DNA of 64,000 bases from Heptranchias perlo (lineage: Eukaryota), in NCBI RefSeq assembly GCF_035084215.1, contig NC_090340.1, positions 14,570,001-14,634,000 of the forward strand. Direction: 5' to 3'. Shown here piece after piece: positions 50,817-64,000 of this stretch; the stretch's first letter is position 1; every line of letters begins with the position of its first letter. Below the pieces are notes generated by a model. It made no database searches. It saw only the letters and a list, made by a program, of their open reading frames with translations, and was not told the origin of the DNA. The position numbers and the translations under genes are program-made.

Positions 50817-51964
50817 GTAAAGAAGCATCGATTTTTCTCAACGAATACTTTTAAAGATAACAACATTTTTTTGCATGGAACATTAAAGCAATGTAAAACA
50901 GGAACTTTTGAAAACTTTCTTAAGCAGCTATATTCAACCGGCTACTGATTTATGTAACTAAAGATATTACATGCCATTCCGTTCAACGGACACGTGCACC
51001 TCTTTGACGTAGTATCATAGTAGGTACTGCACAGAAGGAGGCCATTCAGCCCATTGTGCATGTGCCGCCTCTTTAAGAGAGCTATCCAATTGGTCCAATT
51101 CCCCTGCTCTTTCTCCATAGCCCTGTAAATATTTCCCCTTCAAGGAATTACCAATTCATTTTTGAAAGTTGCCATTGAATCTGCTTCCATCATCCTTTCA
51201 GGTTGTGCACTCCAGATCATTACAACTCGCTGCCTCGCCCAGGCTCTTTTGCCGATCATCTTAAATGGAAACTTAATTGCAGAGGTTACCTTCATCCTAA
51301 CAGTCTGCGTCCGAAATAGGTGTGACCAGTTCCTTCTGAGAAACTGTCACAGAACCAAATTGCCCAATTTGGAACTCTCACTGAGAGAAACCATGTGATA
51401 GTTTGCATGGGGTTGAATTAATATCATATTGGTATAATTGCCAGCGTTCTACTCTGGTTGGGGCTGAGCCATACCCTTAGCACCATGCATGCCTTGCTTC
51501 TGGGTGGAGCTGACACCCTAAAATGTCCCCTGTATAATCTGCAACGAAATTGCAAACCTATTCGTTGTAAACGGGTTCGGAATTTTGTTATATATAGCAC
51601 ATAGTGGAGAACGACATAAGTCTACCAGGAAATAGTTCCATTCCCCAGCCCACACATCCTTCGCCTCGATTAGTGCAGAATTCACCCCAAGAGATTTCAA
51701 AAAGGAGGAAAATGGAATTTGAAATTCAGTTATACTAAAATCAGAAATATTCAATATCAGATTACACTTCGGTTGTGCACTTCAGCTGTTCAGTAAAAGT
51801 GTAAAGAAAACATGTTGATACAAATGAATCGCTTAGTGCCGTGCACATATTGACAGTGGTGTCATATGTTAAGTAGCTCAAAGCAAGGTCGAGGAACAGC
51901 ACTTCATCTTTCCATTAGGCACTTAACAGCCTTCCGGCCTTAACATTCAGTTCAACAACTTTAG

Positions 51965-52195
51965 ATCATAACACCAGGTTATAGTCCAACAGTTTTATTT
52001 GAAAATCACAAAGTTTCGGAGGCTTTCTCCTTCATCAGGTGAGTGTGGGATTCCATGGACCGTACCGCATATATAGTCAGAGAACAATGCCTGGTGATTA
52101 CAGATAATCTTTCCAACTGCCTGTTGTCAAGGCAATCAAAGTGTTCAGACAGAGAGTCATTACATACAGGGCTACTGAATATACAAACGGTAAGG
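51965..52195 (-). mobile_element. Penelope-like element terminal fragment
   Basis: Matches 62132-62310 (caccaggttatagtccaac, agaacaatgcctggtgatta). Confidence 0.75.
52006..52042 (-). ncRNA. Minimal hammerhead ribozyme motif, variant
   Basis: Minus strand reads UCAC-CUGAUGA-A-GGAG(aaagc)CUCC-GAAA-CU-UU-GUGA. Confidence 0.55.
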
Positions 52196-54399
52196 ACCCA
52201 AATGCCTATGTCGGAATTTCTAATGGAAATTGGTTCTCTGCGTATGTCAAGCTGTAATTATGCCCTCCCACAATCGGGGCATTGCACTGGCACGTGGGCG
52301 TAATTGCAACTCAACGGGTATATCATGGGAAATTTCCATTATAAAAATGAATATCGGAATTGATAGGACAGAATGTACATGACTTAAAATGGATATCGAA
52401 TTACGTCTGCTTGCAGCGGATCAAACAACACCCATCGTCTAATCTGATGACTGCACACCAGTTTGATTCTCCTTGTGCAACACTATGGGCGATTGAATCC
52501 ATTTTATAAAATTTACCTTAACATTAAAAAATGGCTGATGCGGACTAACATGATACAAGCAGAGCCAGTGACTTATGATGAGATGAGCTACAGGAAGACA
52601 GTTAGCCTTCGTGATTAGGATTACATCTTTTTGTGGAATATTTCAGCACCTCCTGCTGCTGGTCATTATTTATCCTTTTTATAAAAAGGACGTGGGCGGG
52701 AGTTCAAGTTAAATTAAAAGAAATAAAAAATGACAAATTTCCTCTTCTTGTAGTTGGGCATAAAGGATTGTTTCTCCTATTGCCATGCAATTTCTCCTGC
52801 CCGATATTCCAATGGTCCCATGACCTCTCACAATGTTCCTAGAACCTCCCTCTCCTGTGTATCCGGTACCTTGCGTCTTCCCTCCCACTCCTCCCGACCA
52901 TTGGGCCCAAGCTTCCCCTTCCCCTCCCTAAATTATACTGCGAAAACCTGAGACACCATCAAATTACTCCAGACCCTGATCCCCTTCCCAATGCGCCGTG
53001 GTCCTATGATTGGCCCGAATTGCGATAAGCCAATTGTCCCTCACAATAGAACTTGGCAAAAGAGCGTGTTCTTTCCAACCTCTGACTCATTATGAGCAAC
53101 GCCACGAGAGATCAGCTCGTTATATATTACAAAATCGAACAGCTTTGCACTGTTCATGTCACCTTCCTCCATTATAAATTGATAACTCCACATGATTAAT
53201 AGAAACAGCCAAAATAATCTTGTCACGCTATAGGTACACCATTTCAGTCGTGAAGGCCCTACTGCGTCATAACTAGCAGGACGGTGTAATTCGAGCTTGA
53301 GAAGTTTACCCTGGCAGTTTACATTATAAGTGTGGCTCTAAGAATTTGTATTGAAAACGCAGAAAAATTGCTAGTGAATGTATGACTTTAAAAAGTGACT
53401 GGATTATATCTGCACGTCCTGGCCCAATTAAAATCTGCCCACTAAAATCATTTTAATTGAAGACAACACATAGTCTTGACAGTGTGCAAAACCACGGGCA
53501 ATTAATTAGTAATATATTAACAATCTTACATATGCACCTGGTTCAATTATAACTTCCCCAGTTCACTTTTATAATGCGAAGTACCTAAATAAACTGGCCA
53601 CAATGTACTGCCATGCTGCCACTAGCACTGAACTGCCTCAGCGTTATACCTCGTTGCTCCTCGGCCTGTACTTCAGGGAAGCTCCTATGTTCTGACTGCT
53701 CTGCTTCCTAGATTGTCATAATTTTGCGATTTAACTATAAATAATTATATAAAACAAAAGTAGATGAGAATAAGGACAGAATTTATGATTTCAATATATA
53801 AATTGAATTAATTCTGCGTCCTCCGGGCCAATTATTTCTCAACCCTCAACCGCTCCGTCACGGAAACACCACCCTTGGTCCTGGCTCCCGGCGTGTAACG
53901 ACACGACGAAGGTGCCGAGTATTGTTGCTGACTCCACTCTCAGCGCGTCCGGACCACCACCGACCTGCTGGCACTACAACGTTTCTTCACTCGTTCAATT
54001 CATTTCTTCTGTTGCTATTTTTGATTCTTCTGCTGCGTTGGCCGAATCTGGGTGTGTTTGGTGTGGGTCGTACTTTGAAGTATTGGGCTCTGCGAAGTTT
54101 AAATTCTTCATTTGGATTCGACTATAAAGTACAGGACTTCAGGCATTGGGATCAGACTGCAAATGATTCGGGGTATAATTGTCAGTTTACAAAAGTGACC
54201 TCCCCAATTAGCACAGCGGCCCACTCATTCGGCCGTCCTTGTTCCCTCCTCAAAAATTTTAGTCAGACTCGACCTTCCCTGAACAAATCCATGCTGACTG
54301 TCCTTGATTAATTTGTACTTTTCTAAATGACGATTCATACTGTCCACAGAATTCTTTCCAATAATTTACCCACCTCTGAGATTAGGTTGTACCAGGTGT

Positions 54400-56740
54400 T
54401 TTAGAATCGTAGAATGTTACAGCACAGAAACAGGCCATTCGGCACATAGAGTCTGCACCATTGTTTCTCTCCACGTGAAACATTTGGTTAATTCCACTCT
54501 CCTGTTCGGTCTCCACAACCTTCAATATTCCTATTTTTTCATGCAACTACTTCCCTCTGAAAAGGATTTCTGCTTCAGAAAAGGAATGCGGCAGAAAACT
54601 CCACATTCTAACCATGATCATTTTAAAGAGTATTTTGCATCTCCCTTTGAATTATTTGAGCTTATTTTACAATTGTGCCCTCTTGTTGCCATGTCCCGGC
54701 CAGTGATAACGATTTATCGCTATTACTTTATTACATCCTTCACAATCTACAAAACCTCTACATGCTCATCCCTTAATCTCCTCAGCTCCATCGATGAAAG
54801 CCCCAGCTTCTCACATCTCTCCATAACATTATTCCACATTTTTAGTAACATAGTAGCCTATCTATGCTGCACGCCTTCCATTGTTTCCCAATCCGTCTTG
54901 TAAAGGGATACTCAAACCTCTGCACAACACTCCAATTGTAGTCTAACTAATTTCAAGTACATTACCTCTTTGGTTTTCTATTTTATGCCTCTAGAGAGGA
55001 ATTCAAACGAGACTGTTCGGCTTTTTATGACCTAATCTCCGTGTGCTGCCATTGTTAGTGTCTTGTGTATCTGCACACCAAGGTCACTCTGCTCCTCTGC
55101 ACCATTTCAAATCCAACTATTAAATGAGTGTTTTGTTTCTCTGTTTTTATCTCCAAAAATGTATTACTTCAAATTTCTCTGCTTTCTACATCTGCTATCT
55201 AACTATCTATCCAGCGACGTCTATCAATGTGCCCCTTCATGATTTCACACGCTCCATCCTAATTCTCCATCATCCCCTTCCCATTAGGTGTCATCTTTAT
55301 GTGTTTAGCGAATAAAAGCCGCATCAACCCCATTGTCTGGGAAGTATAAGTCATCAAATATTTCCATTCCAAGAAGCTGCATTTTACTCTTATACTTTGT
55401 TCTCTTCCTTCCAATCATCTCTCTAACCTTCTGGCCACATTCCTCTTTCATACTTTGCTGAGGGTTTCTTATCTGACTCCTTATCAAACGTGCTTCTAAA
55501 GTCCATATGAAACACATTCACAATCTTTCCTTTGCATTTTCCCTCTGTTATTTCTTCAAAGAATTCTCTAAAGGAAACCAAGCACGATCTGCTATTTAGA
55601 AATCGGTGTTGGCTGGCCTTGCTGAGCTCTTGTTTCTACAAGTGCCTGGCAGCTTTCTCTGGAGTGACACAGGGCCCATTAAATATAATTCAATGTTCAG
55701 CAACTGTTCATCTACGATTATATTTCAAATTAGTTTCACATTCGATTTTCTCATCTAATAACAACATAATTTCAAGATTCTTTTGATAATTAATCAACCA
55801 ATTGTGATACATTCGTGTGCAGCAGTGAATAGGTCAAGGAGTGAGCGCTCAGCCAGCCCTGTGTTCTGATAAAATTGAAGCAATTAGCTGAAGTTTTCGC
55901 CTTGTGTTTTTTGATATGCTAACAAGTGATGCTAAATAGTGACACGGGTGCGTGGGTTTCTAAAGCTAAATAAAGAACATGGCTCATTTGTTCATCTCCG
56001 CTCCAGCAGTACAATCTTAAATTTAGCTGTTAATCGGACTCTGAAAACGTACCGAGTGTTGAACAGCAGCAGGTATTCCGCCTCGTGGCCCAGTGCAATT
56101 GCAGCAACTGGCAGTGTTCTCATGAAGCGGAGACTCTTGTAACGTTTCTTTACCCCACTGTCTACTGGAATCGCTTCGTCTTAATGCGGCTGAATCGTTT
56201 CTATTCGCTCCATTTCCTATATTATGCTAAGTGTAGAAGTGTTTTCCTAAATACATCTTCGGGCGCTTCATTTATTCATCTACACATAAATTTCAGTACA
56301 GTGAAACTGGCTAAATCCACGACACTCTGCTTAATTTAATGTACTGCAATATTGTAATATTGATCACATAAGCTCCCAACTTGGAAGTTTTGGACAACTG
56401 TCTAAAATGTCAAAAGTATTTGAATAAAGTGAAACCTATTTGATTCAATCACCTCTTAATTGTAACAATTTTAAGATGAGTGTTACAACTTAAAATTGTC
56501 CCTTTTCACGGTGTTTTACACCTTAGGACCGCAGGCTGCATGCGACCAAGGAGGGGATTTTGTAAGGAACTTCTTATGAAATATCTTGCCGTGCAACTTC
56601 GTCCGCGTCGCGAGCAGTACGCAACGGAGAGGGCAATTGTTCCCATTCGTGATGTCACAGTAGGGGAACTCCCATGTAAATTTCGTGCTCCCAGGCTGCC
56701 TGGAAGCAGCTGTTTCACATCATATAAGAGGTGACTGAAG
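54400..56740 (+). repeat. Segmental-duplication unit copy, more diverged
   Basis: Colinear with 47420-49220 and 38045-40180; no receptor exons recognised after it. Confidence 0.7.
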
Positions 56741-59700
56741 ACAACAGGTACAGCTCCACATAAGTTGCGTGACCTGTTGAATGTATCCAGCATTTTCTGT
56801 TTCTATTATAAGTATTACACTTCATAACGCTGGAGGCATAATGGACAGGTTAGCAGAATGCGCTTCTCCTTTAAGAACATGCTGCCTTTGATTATGTTGA
56901 AGATGGCTGAAAAGTTTAAGAACACAAATAGAAACAAATATACAGACCAACACGCACGTATGAGTACGTGCGCGCATACACACGCACACACCACATTTAT
57001 AGTCTCTGTGCATATCCAGTGAAAAAGTATCCAACCCAGAGTATTAAAATGAATATAGAATGTAAATGAAAGTTAATATATCAATGAGAAAGAACAATCC
57101 TCTTATCTTACTCAAAGGGGGAAGATCATTTTTTTACGAACTGATCGACGTGAACCTAATTGTAGCAACTCAATTGGATATATTATTGTATATCGGTAGC
57201 ACATCATTTACACACTGTATATTTGAAAGCAATGGTTGTACTGAGACTGCCGCCTGTCCAGCAGTAAGAAGATTGCACATGCAACCGAGATCCTTTTGCT
57301 TTCAGTGGAGAACACAAGAGCTGATACACAAAATAAGTCAGTACAAAATATGGAAATAAGCGATCCCTTGGGACATTTATTTTTTAACGTACTTTCACCT
57401 CACACTGCAGTCACACTCAGTGCGGTGTCGAACCGAAGCCCTGTGACACTAACTCCACCAGGTCGGGCTTTAACTTGAATTCAAGCTGCAACTTTAGCTT
57501 GGTTGCGAAGCCGAAACGACTTCACGGGAAGCTAAAGTTCGTAACAATGGTTTACAGCCAACAACTGATAAAAAATGTTGGAGCCGAATATCCAGTTTGA
57601 AAATCCCAGGAGGACCGAATACGTCTTTTACAAGATGCACAGATTCCCGCTGATCTCTACCTTTTTTATTGTAAAAGTTGCCAATATGTAATAAGGAATT
57701 CCACTATAAGACAGAGGAACCGCTCATTGTTGGGGGAGGGGGGCTGTTAGGATTTTTTTAAAAATGAAGTATGTTTAGTAGGAATACATCCGCTTTCTTG
57801 TACAGTAGTCTTGTGGGTTACACTGTCCATGACCTAGTGCAATAATAATTCATTCGGGCCGCACTGGTCGTTCTCATTCAGGTTAGTAAGAAAGAATATG
57901 TGTCATGGGACTAAACTTTCCAGAATACACCTAGACGCTTCTTGTACTATTCGGTTAACTAAAAGTCAAAAGCTTGTTTGTCAGCCTATCTCAATACTGG
58001 GCAAGGCGATACAGATATGCTTATTGCAGCAGGAAATTCGGCACCGCCAGTCAACTAAAGCAGCAAACTAAAGCTGCATGTATATTTAGCTTGCAACCAC
58101 AGACAGTTAGATACGTGCCGATTCACATGTTCATTCATCTACAGTCAAACAAGCCTGCAGCGGCTCCACTTTTGCAAAGTGAAGTAAGATTAAACTATCT
58201 ATCACAAATATCTAGGACCACGTAATCTTGGTACACATACATTCTGATAATTATCTGAGCAAGTCTTTTCTCTAGGATCTTCAGACTACTTTACCGTTTG
58301 AAATTTTTACCGTAAAGTATGAAGAACTGCACCCGTTAATATTCTGACTAGCTGCGCCAGATTGTCTTTTTAGCCTTGGAGAAACACAAGTCTTACAAAC
58401 ATTCTGTGGAATTCGCTGATGGCGCAGGGGGCAAATGATCCCCGGAGTGCAGTACTGAGTTATGCAGAACAGGAAGGTCATTTTTTCTAATCCCGTTGTC
58501 TGTGGAAATAGAGTCTGGGAAGTGGGGTTCTACCACCGATTTCAGCTGTCGTGGCCTCCGCTTGAAGCGCGTGTATACAGAAGATAAAGCCGGGATGTGA
58601 TAGTTCCTACCATCTGATTATCCACTAATGGACCGGAGAGTGTAAAATGTAATTTGTGTAGCTAAAACTCCTGCTCGCTAGTGTCATTCCTAAGATTAAA
58701 TAAATCACTGGGGAGTTTGTCTGTCTATGCTGCAAGCAATGGTGTCGATGCAAAACGATTGTTATATTTTGGGTTTTTTATCTTCTTACTCTCTCACAGA
58801 AACAAGATGTTAATGGGCCTCCAACACGTCTTGTATTTATAATTCTACCAATGGAACTTTCTCTCTAAGGCACTTCGATTAACATCAGTAAATTATAAGA
58901 CGTGTGAAAGGTTTACACACTCAAAACAACTTGACACATAAAAAATCAACACTTAGACTTATTCGAAAATATTGTCAGCTGGTGACATACATCCAGCAAG
59001 AAACGTGTCAACCCGCAGGAAGTACTAACATGAAGTCCCAGCTACAACCCTCTCCCCCTTCTGATTACAGCTTTACATAGAATGCATTACGCTCATTTTA
59101 TATCCAGCCTCCAACTAGCAGTTACCTTTGTATCATCTAATGCTACAGGAAGATTATGTAGCGAAATACAACGGAAACTGTCTGTAAGCGAGTGCTGCAT
59201 GAACCCTTGATCCGTCTCGATTGTGGCTCCTTCGCCTCCTGCTTTTTGTTTCTGTTTTCATTTCCCAGCTGTACCTGGACACACTTTCCCAAAGGCTAAG
59301 GATTTGCTGTCGTGGAATTATGAGCAGCAGAGGCAGAGCTTCTCAACAGTTCTTTACCTGACCATTAAAAACAACATTTAGTACCTTATTTTTACATATT
59401 GTAAATACTTTGATAACTTTTTCTATTTTTCATCCACACGCGGTGCTCTTTTGTGCATGTTCGCATGAAAATTATTAAACTCGCAGACATAACCACCACT
59501 GCACCGGCTCACAGGCGCTCTCACAACTGTATCAATATTATTAGACTCACAGACATTCACCAATGCATCAATATCTTTAGATTCATAGACACACTCACCA
59601 ATTTATCGTTATAATTAGAGTTACACACAGTCACCACTTTATCAATATTTGGATTAAATTAACGGGACGTTCTTCAATTGCATCTTCTCATTGTGATAAA

Positions 59701-60059
59701 AATAATCTTACATTAAATCAGTGTTGGACTAAAACAAACTTTCCTCAATTTTAAATAAATATGCCATCATCTCAGGTTGTCACAACGTTCTTTCGGCGGT
59801 ACTCTTTCACTCATGATTATTGTGTATGTGCAATTGTAATTGAGAACTTTGCATTTTTTATATTAGGAAGCAATTGATTACCTAAACCATAACCGACGTC
59901 GCACAGATGGGTTTTCACTGCACTCAATGTTGAATGACATTAAAAGAAAAATACGGCTCTTAGTTTTATGAATAGATGAGTGAAACTCTTCAAACTCTCT
60001 GCATTTACTTGACAGCAAATGCTCTCTTGCACACGTTTAACCGTTACATTTACGCACTG

Positions 60060-62080
60060 AATTAAGACACATCTTAGGTCAAGGAGTGAATCTACTCTGG
60101 TAGAGTTAAGAAACAATGGAGGTGCCATTGCACTAGTGGATTTATTCTATAGGCCACCAACTAATGGGAAGGATAGAGAGGAACACATTTGCAGGGGAAT
60201 TACAGAGAGGTGCAACGGCCATCGAGTAGTGACAATGGGGGACATCAACTATCCCAATATAGTCTGGGATAGTAATGGTGTAAGGGGCAGAGAGAGAGAA
60301 GAATTTCTGGTGTGTTTAGGAGAACTTTCTTGATCAGTACGTTTCCTGCACAAAGAGGAAGAAGGCATTGCTGGATCTGGTTCTGGGGAATGAGGTGGGA
60401 CAAATGGAGCAAGTTTTGGTAGGGGACCATTTAGGGAACAGTTATCACAGTGTCATAAGGTTTAGATTAGCTATGGCAAAGGACAAGGGACAATCTAGAA
60501 TAAAAATACTTAATTGGCGGAGGGCCAATTTCAATCGGTTGAGAACGGATCTGGCCCGGGTAAGTTGGAATCAAAGATTGGCAGGCAAAACTGTAATCGA
60601 AAAATGGGCGGCCTTTAAACGGGAGATGGTTCGGGTACATTCTGGGTACATTCCCACAAGGGGGAACGGTAGAGCAACCAAAGCCAGAGCTCCCTGGATG
60701 ACGAAAGAGATAGAGAGTAAGATGAAGCAGAAAAGGGGGGTGTATGACAGATGTCAGGTTGATAAAACAAGTGAGGACCAGGCTGAATATAGAAAGTTCA
60801 GAGAGGAAGTTAATCAAAAGAATTAAGTGGGACAAAAAGAGAATATGAGAATAGGCTGGCAACTAACATGTAGGGAATCCAAAAGTCTTCTTTTGGCATC
60901 TAAATAGTAAAGGGGTAGTAAGAGGGGGGGGGGGGGGGCGATTATGGACCAAAAAGGAGACCTAGGCATGGAGGCAGAGGGAATGGCTGAGGTACTAAGT
61001 GAGTACTTTGCATCTCTTTGTACCAAGGAAGAAGATGCTGCCAAAGTCACAGTAAAAGAGGAGGTAGATGAGATAATAGATGGACTAAAATAGATAAAGA
61101 GGAGGTATTAGAAAGGCTGGCTGTACTTAAATTAGATAAGTCACCAGGTCCGGATGAGATGCAGCCGATGTTGCTGAGGGAAATAAGGGTGGAAATTGCG
61201 GGGGTACTGGCCATAATCTTCCAATCATCCTTAGATACGGTGGTGGTGTCAGAGGACTGGAGAATTGCAAATGTTATACCCTTGTTGAAAAAAGGGTGTA
61301 AGGATAAAGTCGGCAACTACAGTCAGTTTAACGTCGGTGGTGGAGAAATTTTTAGATACGATAATCCGGGAAAAAAGTAACAGTCACCTGGACAAGTGTG
61401 GCTTTACTAAAGAAAGCCAGCACGGATTTGCAAATCGTGTTTAACTAACTTGATTGAGTTTTTTGATGAGGTAACAGAGAGGGTTGATGAGGGCAGTGCG
61501 GTTGATGTGGTGTGTATGGACTTCCAAAAGGCGTTTGATAAAGTGCCACATAACAGGCTTGTCAACAAAGTTGAAGCCCATGGAATAAAAGGGGCAGTGG
61601 CAGCATAGAAACGAAATAGGCAAGTGAGAGGAAACAGAGAGTAGCGGTGAACGGTTGTTTTTCGGACTGGAGGAAGTAATACAGTGGTGTTCCCTAAGGA
61701 TTGGTACAAGGACCACTGGTTTTCTTGATAAATATTAATGACTTGGACTTGGGTGAACAGGGCACAATTTCAAAATTTGCAGATGACACAAAACTTGGAA
61801 GCATGGTGAACAGTGAGGAGGATTGTGATAAACTTCAAGAGGACATGGACAGGCTGATGGAATGGGCGGACATGTGACAGATGAAATTTAACGCAGAGAA
61901 GTGAGAAGTGATACATTTTGGTGGGAAGAACGAGAAGAGGCAATATAAACTGAAGGGTATAATTCTATAGCGAGTGTAGGAACAGAGAGACCTGGGGGTA
62001 TATGTGCACACATTTTTGAAGGTGGCAGGGCAGGTTGAGAAAGTGCTTAAAAAAGCGCATCGGATCCTGAGCTTTATAAA
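60060..62080 (+). mobile_element. CR1-clade LINE ORF2, decayed, cut by Penelope
   Basis: FYRPP, MGDINYP, LDLVLGN and RT motifs with many stops; ends abruptly at the Penelope junction. Confidence 0.9.
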
Positions 62081-62081
62081 T

Positions 62082-64000
62082 CGATGTGGAGATTCCGGTG
62101 ATGGACTGGGGTTGACAATTGTAAACAATTTTACAACACCAAGTTATAGTCCAACAAATTTATTTTAAATTCCACAAGCTTTCGGAGGCTTCCTCCTTCC
62201 TCAGGTGAACGGTGTGGAAATGACATTTTCGAATCCTTCGCATTTGAAAATCACAGAACAATGCCTGGTGATTACTGCCCGTTGCCAAGGCAATCACAGT
62301 GAGCAGACAGAAAGGTGTCACCTAAAAGGCCACCGAATATACAAACCCCCCCAAAAAAGAGAGAGAGAGAGAGAGAAGGAAGACAGTCAATGACCCGTTA
62401 TATTAAAAACAGATAACATTTGTTCGCTGGTGGGGTTACGTGTAGTGTGACATGAACCCAAGATCCCGGTTGAGGCCGGCCTCATGGGTGCGGAACTTGG
62501 CTATCAATTTCTGCTCGACGATTTTGCGTTGTCTTGTGTCCCGAAGGCCGCCTTGGAGAACGCTTACCCGAAGGTCGGTGGCTGAATGTCCATGACTGCT
62601 GAAGTGTTCCCTGACAGGGAGAGAACCCTTCATGTATGCTGAAGCTGTCAGGAAATGCGTCTATGCCAGATTCATCAGCCGCACTCGGAAGACAGTCCAG
62701 AATGTCACCCGAGCACAACGCAACACCATCAAAGCTCTCAAGACCAACCGCAACATCGTCATCAAACCAGCAGACAAAGGAGGAGCCATCGTCATACAGA
62801 ACAGAACGGACTATTGCAAAGAAGCATACCGACAACTGGACAACCAGGAACACTACAGACGGTTACCCACAGACCCGACCAAAGAACACACCCATCAGCT
62901 CAACAAACTGATCAAGACCTTCGATCCAGACCTTCAAAACATCCTACGCACTCTCTTCCCACGTACTCCCCGCGTGGGAGACTTTTACTGCCTCCCAAAG
63001 ATACACAAAGCCAACACACCCGGACGTTCTATCGTATCAGGCAACGGAACCCTGTGTGAGAACATCTCTGGATACATCGAGGGCATCCTGAAACCCATCG
63101 TGCAGGGAAACCCCAGCTTCTGTCGCGACTTTCTACAAAAACTCAGTACCCACGGACCTGTTGAACCAGGAACACTTCTCACCACGATGGACGTCTCGGT
63201 ACTCTACACCAGTATCCCCCACGATGACGGCATCGCTGCAACAGCATCAATACTCAACACCAACAACAGCCAATCTCCAGACGCCATCCCACAACTCATC
63301 CGCTTCATCCTGGATCACAATGTCTTCACCTTCAATAACCAGTTCTTTACCCAAACACACGGAACAGCCATGGGGACCAAATTCGCACCCCAATACGCCA
63401 ACATTTTCATGCATAAGTTCGAGCAGGACTTCTTCACTGCACAGGACCTCCAACCAACACTATACACCAGATACATCGACGACATTTTCTTTCTATGGAC
63501 CCACGGCGAGGAATCACTAAAGAGACTACACGATAACATCAACAAGTTCCATCCCACCATCAAGCTCACCATGGACTACTCCTCAGAATCAGTTTCTTTC
63601 TTGGACACACGAATCTCCATCAAAGGCGGGCACCTCAGCACCTCACTCTACCGCAAGCCCACGGAAAACCTCACGATGCTCCACTTTTCCAGCTTCCATC
63701 CTAACCACGTCAAAGAGGCCATCCCCTATGGACAGGCCCTGCGAATACACAGGGTCTGCTCAGACGAGGAGGAACGTGAAGGACACCTACAGACGCTGAA
63801 AGACGCCCTAGTAAGAGCGGGATATGATGCTCGACTCATCGATCGACAGTTCCGACGGGCCACAGCGAAAAATCGCGTAGACCTCCTCAGAAGACTAACA
63901 CGGGATGCAACCAACAGAGTACCCTTCGTCGTCCAGTACTTCCCCGGAGCGGAGAAACTACGCCATGTTCTCCGCAGCCTTCAACATGTCATCAATGACG
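62082..64000 (+). mobile_element. Penelope-like retroelement with inverted terminal segment; RT frame open to the window edge
   Basis: The + frame from 62632 has no stop I could find over 456 codons (IKPADKGG, YCLPKIHK, MDVSVLYTSIP, GTAMG, RYIDDIF, LYRKPT). 62082-62631 is an inverted 3' end encoding the C-terminus of the GIY-YIG endonuclease region (VREHF...EQKLIAKF.T...GLN). Confidence 0.92.
62171..62209 (-). ncRNA. Minimal type I hammerhead ribozyme motif in the Penelope terminal repeat
   Basis: Minus strand reads UUCAC-CUGAGGA-A-GGAGG(aag)CCUCC-GAAA-GC-UU-GUGGA: core boxes, stem I, stem II and a palindromic AGCU in place of stem III. Confidence 0.7.

Noticed and set aside
53800-54320. ORFs 53912-54127 and 53922-54311 with a hydrophobic stretch
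   Set aside because: No splice context or family motif, and the 3' part runs into a CR1 fragment.
58276-58625. Possible decayed V-like exon after tctctag acceptor (C...SF*PW...ILW...IQKIKP..D..Y)
   Set aside because: At least six stops, no second Cys and no clear donor; not distinguishable from chance by eye.
1-64000. Prokaryotic systems (CRISPR, retrons, operons) and the many short ORFs in the track
   Set aside because: No repeat-spacer arrays or operon structure. The RTs are eukaryotic LINE/Penelope types, and most ORFs are alternative or antisense frames of TEs or chance frames.

Overview
Eukaryotic, vertebrate genomic DNA, not prokaryotic. The repeat content (abundant CR1-clade LINEs with short tandem tails, PIF/Harbinger relics, Penelope elements) points by inference to a cartilaginous fish. 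The non-repeat core is a tandem and partly inverted cluster of immunoglobulin-superfamily receptor genes with the plan leader / V (germline J-like G-x-G strand) / C1 / TM / cytoplasmic exons. Copy B (18231-22870, +) is intact: 7 exons with matching phases, 374 aa, and a SIRP-alpha-like tail of two ITIM + ITSM-like pairs. Copy D (40528-~46330, +) has an open V exon, an Arg at the outer TM edge and decayed ITIM exons. Its only two ectodomain frameshifts are single-G losses in G runs, so it may be an activating partner hidden by assembly error or a recent pseudogene. Three more remnants (A: leader + half V; C: C1 only; E: TM + tail on the minus strand), a repeated intergenic unit and two apparent local inversions record birth-and-death evolution. 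Notable TEs are a full-length single-ORF LINE with a tRNA-like Pol III head, nested three deep, and a Penelope element with an open RT frame and a minimal hammerhead ribozyme. All calls were read by eye, so TE boundaries are approximate.
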